Part shown: one piece after another, positions 58,561-64,000 of the stretch | Layout: each line of letters starts with the position of its first letter | How positions within the stretch are numbered: the first letter of the stretch is position 1 | Assembly (NCBI GenBank): GCA_028534125.1 | Contig: CM052832.1 | Span: forward strand, 33,914,001-33,978,000 | From: Lama glama | Taxonomy: Eukaryota | DNA length: 64,000 nt | Reading direction: 5' to 3' | Program-made: the position numbers and the translations under genes | The notes under the pieces: model-generated | What the model was told of the DNA's origin: nothing | Seen by the model: only the letters and a program-made list of their open reading frames with translations | Database searches by the model: none

Positions 58561-61500
58561 CCCTACACAGCTGCCGCGGCGGGAAGGCCACGCTGTGCCC
58601 TGGCAGGCGGCTCCGCAGCCCGACCGGGGGACGCCCGTGAGGCGGTTCCCAGAGCTGCTCCGGGAGCATCGTGAACCAAGACTGTGCAAGGTGATCCTCG
58701 TAGAAGCAGCGCTGGTGCGTGGCAGCGTGCAGCCGCTGCGCTGGCTTAGCAGGCGCTGTCTTCGCCCTCGGTCTTGCCTGCGGTTACGCCTCGGCCTCAC
58801 TCGACCTGTGCTGTTGAATATTCACTTACTAGACCAGGCAGCGTCCACTCGACGGAAGGCGACCACGGCTCTGATCGAACTTGATTGGTTTCTCAGAAGG
58901 TGTTGAAGATCCCCGGCCGCAGGACGCTGGGGCACACGGAGTCTGTGTTGCAGTGGGCGGAAGGGAGGCGGCTCGGACAGCAGCCCTGGGAATGGAACAG
59001 CAGAGGGGAGGGAGGGAGAGCTGCATGCCGTGGGTGGCGGAGTGGGCCCTGGAGTTAGCAGTTGACCTGCTCAGGTCGCCACCGTGTGTATGACGGATGC
59101 TGCAGTGCCTGGTTCAGAGGTGTGGGTGTTGTTCTGGGCCCTGCCTCTCGCAGCTCCACGCCGGCTGTGACTCAGGCAGGGGCTCTGGGTTGCTCCACCG
59201 CCGGATGGCTTGACTCATGAGACAGTTCATTCAGAGAATAAAAGCCACTTCATAGTGGCTAGTGAAAGCTTTTCAGTACTCATTGCAAAGTTGTTGAGAG
59301 CCCGACACTTAAGTAATTTTATGGGCTCTCTCCGCTCATGAGTGCAGGCCCTGGGGGTGGGGCACAGTCAAGGGAGGAGGAGGGGGCGTGGAGGGCTCGC
59401 CCTTCCGTGTCTGCATCCGGCCCAGGGCGAACGCGGGGCCCCACGCCGCCCATCCTCTCCAGTGGCTTAGGACGGACCCCCGACACGGCTGACAGTCTGA
59501 TGGTCCCCTGGTGCTGATGGGGGCACAGGAGGTCCCGTTTCAGAGCCTCATGTCTCAGTGCAGCCCTCACAACAGGACTGTTCTTTAAGAAAGTCATCCA
59601 GCAGCCGCGATGGTAGACACGTGTGTTCTCCGAGGCAGGTTAGGAGATCCCAGTGCAGATGACAGTGTGCCAGGCCCACCGCTTACCTCCTGCCGAAGTT
59701 TGTGTTTGTATGGAGAGCTGACTCTTTTTAACTGAATCCCATTCCTCGAATAGATACAAGTCTGGAGAAGCGCTGCTCCGGAACCCCGCACGCCCCTCCC
59801 AAGGGCAGCTGGCGCCTTTGTGGGGCTGCTGCTTTATGTGATCCTAACGCCCCAGTCGAAGACTCTCCCAGCAGTGTGTCAGAAATAAGCTGAGCTCGAC
59901 GTGGGAGGGTCAAGTCCCCAGACAGATGCTCGCGCTTGGCTTGTACCGGAGGGAGTGGCCTCCTGCGAGCGCCGAGGGCTGTGATGCCGCGACCGGGGAC
60001 GTGTGCGGACCGTGGCCGGGACAGCGGTACCGGGGCAGAGCCGACAGGAGGGAGGACTCAGGCCATCCCAGAGGGCGGCGGGAACTGGAGGCAGACAGGC
60101 GTGGGAGCAGGTCAGAGCTGGGTCCCATCCAGCCCTTCCCGCCGCGGGGCCGTGGCCACCTTCCGGGTTTCCGCCCAAATGGCGGGGGTGACACCCACCC
60201 TGCTGGGTCTCGGGGACCAGGAGGAACAGTCAGCCCGACACGCACTCGGCTCCCAGCACCTGCGGTGGGCACTTCTGCCGGGCCCTCTCCTCTGGACCCC
60301 ACTTCTCCTTCAGCGAGCCCCCTTCCCGCCCCTTGACTGGGAGACGCATACCCGAATCAGCCCCGCCGCCTCCTCCCGCCAGGCCGCCTGCTTCCGCCAG
60401 GAACTCCCTCCCCAGCTTCCCCAGGGCATCATTCCTTGCCCCTGCAGCTCATCCTCAGCCAGGGTGACACATTTAAAGTGACGTGGGCTCACGTTTCTGC
60501 TCCCTCGGGCCCTCCCCACCTCCCCACCTCCCCCAGCCGCCCCCCAGGAGCCCGGAGAAACAGCAGCCCCTCACAGCCCACCCTCCCCCGCCTCGCGTCC
60601 CCGCCCTGAGTGGAGGCTCGGCCCGAGGCTGTTTCGTGCCCCCCGTCTCCCGAGGACCCGGCCAGCACCCGGCAACCTGCCCCCTGACCACCTGTCGGCG
60701 GACGGGTGAGTACTGGTCCCTGCTGGTCCCTGCACACCACTGAGGGAGAGGCCTGCGTGCAGCTCAGCGGAAGGCGTTCTGGGCCCAGACTCAGAGCACC
60801 TGGGCCTGCACGCAGTCCTGACCTTGGGCGTGATCTCCCCGGCACCTGGGCCTCGTCCTCCGGCCTGCAGGCGGGGCCTGGGCCATCCAGCCGCCCGACG
60901 CCCAGTGGTCCTGAGACGTGACCGGGGACCGCGTGCTGTGGCCTGTCCCCGCCCTCCCGCCCTCCCAGACGGCAAAGCCGCAGGGAACGCAGGGGCCTGA
61001 ACCCTGCGCCTCTCCGTCGTGGGAGGAGTTGTGTCCGCGGACAGCTGGGCACCCTGGGAGGACACTGGTGTGGTGAGGGTCTTACCAGCCGCCCTGTTCC
61101 CCTCGTCTTGGAAGCAGTCATAGCTGTGATCTTGCCTGAGAATGGGACGGACCAGAAGCCCGCAAAGCTCCAGTCCTACCTGTGGCTCCAGACCTCCCAC
61201 CTTCCTTTGCTTAAAGTAGACGTCACCGGGGATGGAGGGAAGGAGGTTTTGCAGTACTTCAACAGATGGCGCTGCTGGGAGCTATTACCTGGCTATAAAA
61301 ATTAAGTTCCAGCTTTACTAACTTAAAACATCTCATTAAAACCTTGGTGTTGCTCCTGGGGTGGTACGTGACTTTGTTTCGTCCTTTACCGAGTTCACAG
61401 TGGCGAGTGGCTCTGACCGTCCATGCGGTGAAGCTGGCCCCCAGAGGCGCCTCCTCGGGCGACCGTGCACGGTCGCCCGGTGCTGCCTTAGAGACACACA

Positions 61501-62919
61501 CAGCACTCTGCATGGAGGGAAGGAGAGCACCACGTGCACTTGGGCTTCTGACATAAGGACAAGCGAATCAGGGTCTGTTCATCTGGATGCTTGAACGACA
61601 TGCAGATACGGTCGTAAGTGACGGCACTTCCGAGCAGAACACCGCGGCTGACCGGCAGGAGTAGGGTAGAGGCATGTCCCCCAGGTCCAGGGAGGAGAGG
61701 GCTTGTAGAGAACGCTGAGCGGCCCAGGTGTCGGCCGGGCCGCCGGCCCTGGGTACCCAGCCCCTTCCCTCCCCGCCAGCGCTCCCCCCTGGCCTCCAGC
61801 GAGGTTGCTCTCATTACGTGGCCGTGCACCGGCTCCTGGGCGTGGGGTCCCTGGTTGCATACTTCAGCGCAGGTTACAGATACTTGGCAGGCTTCCTCTT
61901 GCTGTGGGAACCAGACGAGTCCTAACACCTACTGAGCACTGAGCGCCGCGGTGCCAGAGAGTGGTGGCGGCCTGGTGCCAGGGCGCGGAGCCTGCAGCGG
62001 CTGGGCCCACGCTCCCTCGGCCGTGGCCCCGGCCAGAGCGGCCTGCGCTGTGAGTCCCGGGCTCCCACCCTGCCGCCTGACGGACCGTCCCCCAGCGTGG
62101 GCAGAAATCAGGGTTCAGGTGTTCGCAGCAGGAGGCTTTGGTATGTGACGGTGCAAATGCATTAATCAGTGACCCAAGAAACACTGTGTGGAACAGCCGT
62201 GGTTTCTCCCTCACATGGACCTGAGGTCCCCACTTCCGTGCCCTTGGCCCTGCCCCCCTTCTTTGGCCAGGTCTCCCTGTCGGACGCAGGTGCCCAGCGC
62301 CTGCCCCACTTGGACACCGGGGAGGTTCCTGCAGGAGGGAGGGCGGCCCGTGAGGGAACTGGTCACCTGGGTTTGGAAGGCTGAGCTCAGGACTCTGACG
62401 GGAGGGGACACGGGGGACAGCGTCGCGTGGCCTTCCGATCACTTTTTAAGATCAAACAGCGGTTTCCTTTGCCGCCTAGCACCGAGCAGACACAGAAGTG
62501 CTGTTTGTGTAGAGCTGACCCCTGAGCGGCGCAGGGGCTGAGGGGCTGCACGGCGGGGGCTCCGAGCGCAGCTTGGGGTCGGCCGGGGCTGCAGGGCCCG
62601 GCGCCCGTGCTCCAGTGGGGGAGCCGCCCCGGAGCGCTGGGTGAAAACGGGGCAGGTGGCACCTGGCCCTCCCGCATCACTTCTTAAGTCTCACTGCCTC
62701 ATTATTTTTGTTAGGAAAGCAGTAAACAAGGGGCGGTTCTGTGTCAGAAGCACTTGGAGGGAAGACAGCACTTGATGCTGAGGTCAGGTCAGCGCGGCTT
62801 CGGTGACAGGCAGCATCAGCGCGGCTGGGGCAGGTGCTAATCCTGAGTGACAGCTGCTCGGGGCCAGGTCCCGAGCGTGGCTTCCCCCAACCCGGCTCCA
62901 CTGAGGTGCGCCCTGTTTG

Positions 62920-63345
62920 CAGTGAGAATCGCTCACTGTCAGCGTCCAGGCGAGGGAGCTTTGGCGACGCGTACAACTGTGTGACCATCACCCGCAGAGT
63001 CCCCTCCCGCCCTTCTGCACACGGCCACTCCCCTACGATTGGTCGGACTCACTTTGTCACTTCTGAGTGTCACAGGCAGGGAGTTGTCCACGCGGAGTCT
63101 GGGCTTTGGCAAGTTTCACGGGATGGCGTCTGTGTGTCCACGGCGCTCCCGTGGGTCCATCAGGGCTGTGCCAAGTCGTGCGGTGCCTTCAGCAGCTGAG
63201 GGGCCCTGGGTGGTGTTCTTCCGGGGAGATAAGAGTGTCACTGCCTCGAAACTCACACACGAGGCTTGTGGGGACACGTTATTTTTATGGGGTAAATTCT
63301 CGAGGAGTGGCGCTGGCGCAGGCGGGAGGTGTATTTTAGGCCACG
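62920..63345 (-). mobile_element. Old L1 (L1MB/MC-like) 3' fragment, antisense, GC-shifted
   Basis: gagctttggcgacgcgtacaactgtgtgaccatcacc...cagctgagggccctgggtggtgttc...ttgtggggacacgttatttttatggggtaaattctcgaggagtgg. Confidence 0.65.
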
Positions 63346-64000
63346 GATGAACTGATCTCAGAGTTGCTCTGCTGTCTTGCCTCCGGCAGCAGCGTCTGAG
63401 CCCTGGCTGCTCCACGTTGCTTCTCGAGGACACTGTACACGCGGTGCTGCTGTCACTGTGAGGACACCGAGGCCTGAAGAAGGCACGGGACCCACAGGGG
63501 CCCACATCTGAGAGGGGCAGGTTCCGTTTATGCTAAAGCACGCCTATCGATGCCAAAAGCCCACTCTCTCTGTTCTAGAATGTTCTCAAAGGTAGCAGGA
63601 CTTCCGTTGATAACCTCGGGATTTAGGGCCGGTGAAATGTGACGAGTCACACTACAACCTCACCTCGGTTGTAAATACAGGGTTGGGCGTGTGCAGAGCA
63701 ACCTTGGGTTAAATTGGAACAAATTTAGGGAGGACGCAGTGGGATGAGAACAGCCCTTGGTCTAAGGCTTTCGTTCCCCAACACCAGCCTGTGTCACCTT
63801 CACCTGCCCCCTGCCCCTCCCTGGAAACCGGGGTTACACCAGCACATCCTGTTTGCTGAAGGCAGGAGCAAAGCCAGCCCTGGAGCCAGGGTCCCCGGCC
63901 TCTGACATTAGCCTCTTGACCAGTTTCTTGAGGTCAGATAATTTGTCCTTTGTGACAGGGCTGAAACGGACCTCCTAAGACCTTTAAAACTAGAGCCATC

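Larger units (their letters stand above)
38946..64000 (+). other. GMDS: 5' part of the long GMDS intron downstream of exon 9
   Basis: Begins at the GT donor. The next exon (DFLQGDC...) was not seen in the window. Confidence 0.85.

Noticed and set aside
61259-61274. CTCF-like motif TCAACAGATGGCGCTG (also near 52857-52870)
   Set aside because: These are partial matches, and several are expected by chance in 64 kb of GC-rich DNA.

Overview
Mammalian genomic DNA, almost certainly from a camelid (tRNA-Ala-derived vic-1-type SINE, cetartiodactyl/camelid-type L1 3' ends). The whole window lies inside GMDS (GDP-mannose 4,6-dehydratase) on the + strand. Two internal coding exons are present: 21922-22040 (119 nt) and 38849-38945 (97 nt). 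They match human exons 8 and 9 as I recall them and splice in frame to 72 aa ([13 protein letters not shown]...KYYRPTEV). Everything else is intron: decayed L1, HAL1, L2, MIR, MER5/MER33 and MLT1 relics, several minisatellites, and a 500-N gap flanked by an exact 199-bp duplication, which is very likely a false gap. Almost all ORFs in the supplied track are chance ORFs in GC-rich intron. I found no convincing new gene or multi-gene system. The most interesting signals are: (i) exons 8+9 form a 216-nt, phase 0-0, stop-free module that would give an endless ORF if back-spliced; (ii) a pervasive AT-to-GC/CpG shift in old repeats and in exon 8, consistent with GC-biased gene conversion, with AT-rich motif-dense islands that resist it (candidate FOXC1-landscape enhancers); (iii) candidate splice-regulatory features (a +4 PTC-generating donor, G-runs, cryptic exons). 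Repeat family names come from remembered consensus sequences and their boundaries are approximate.
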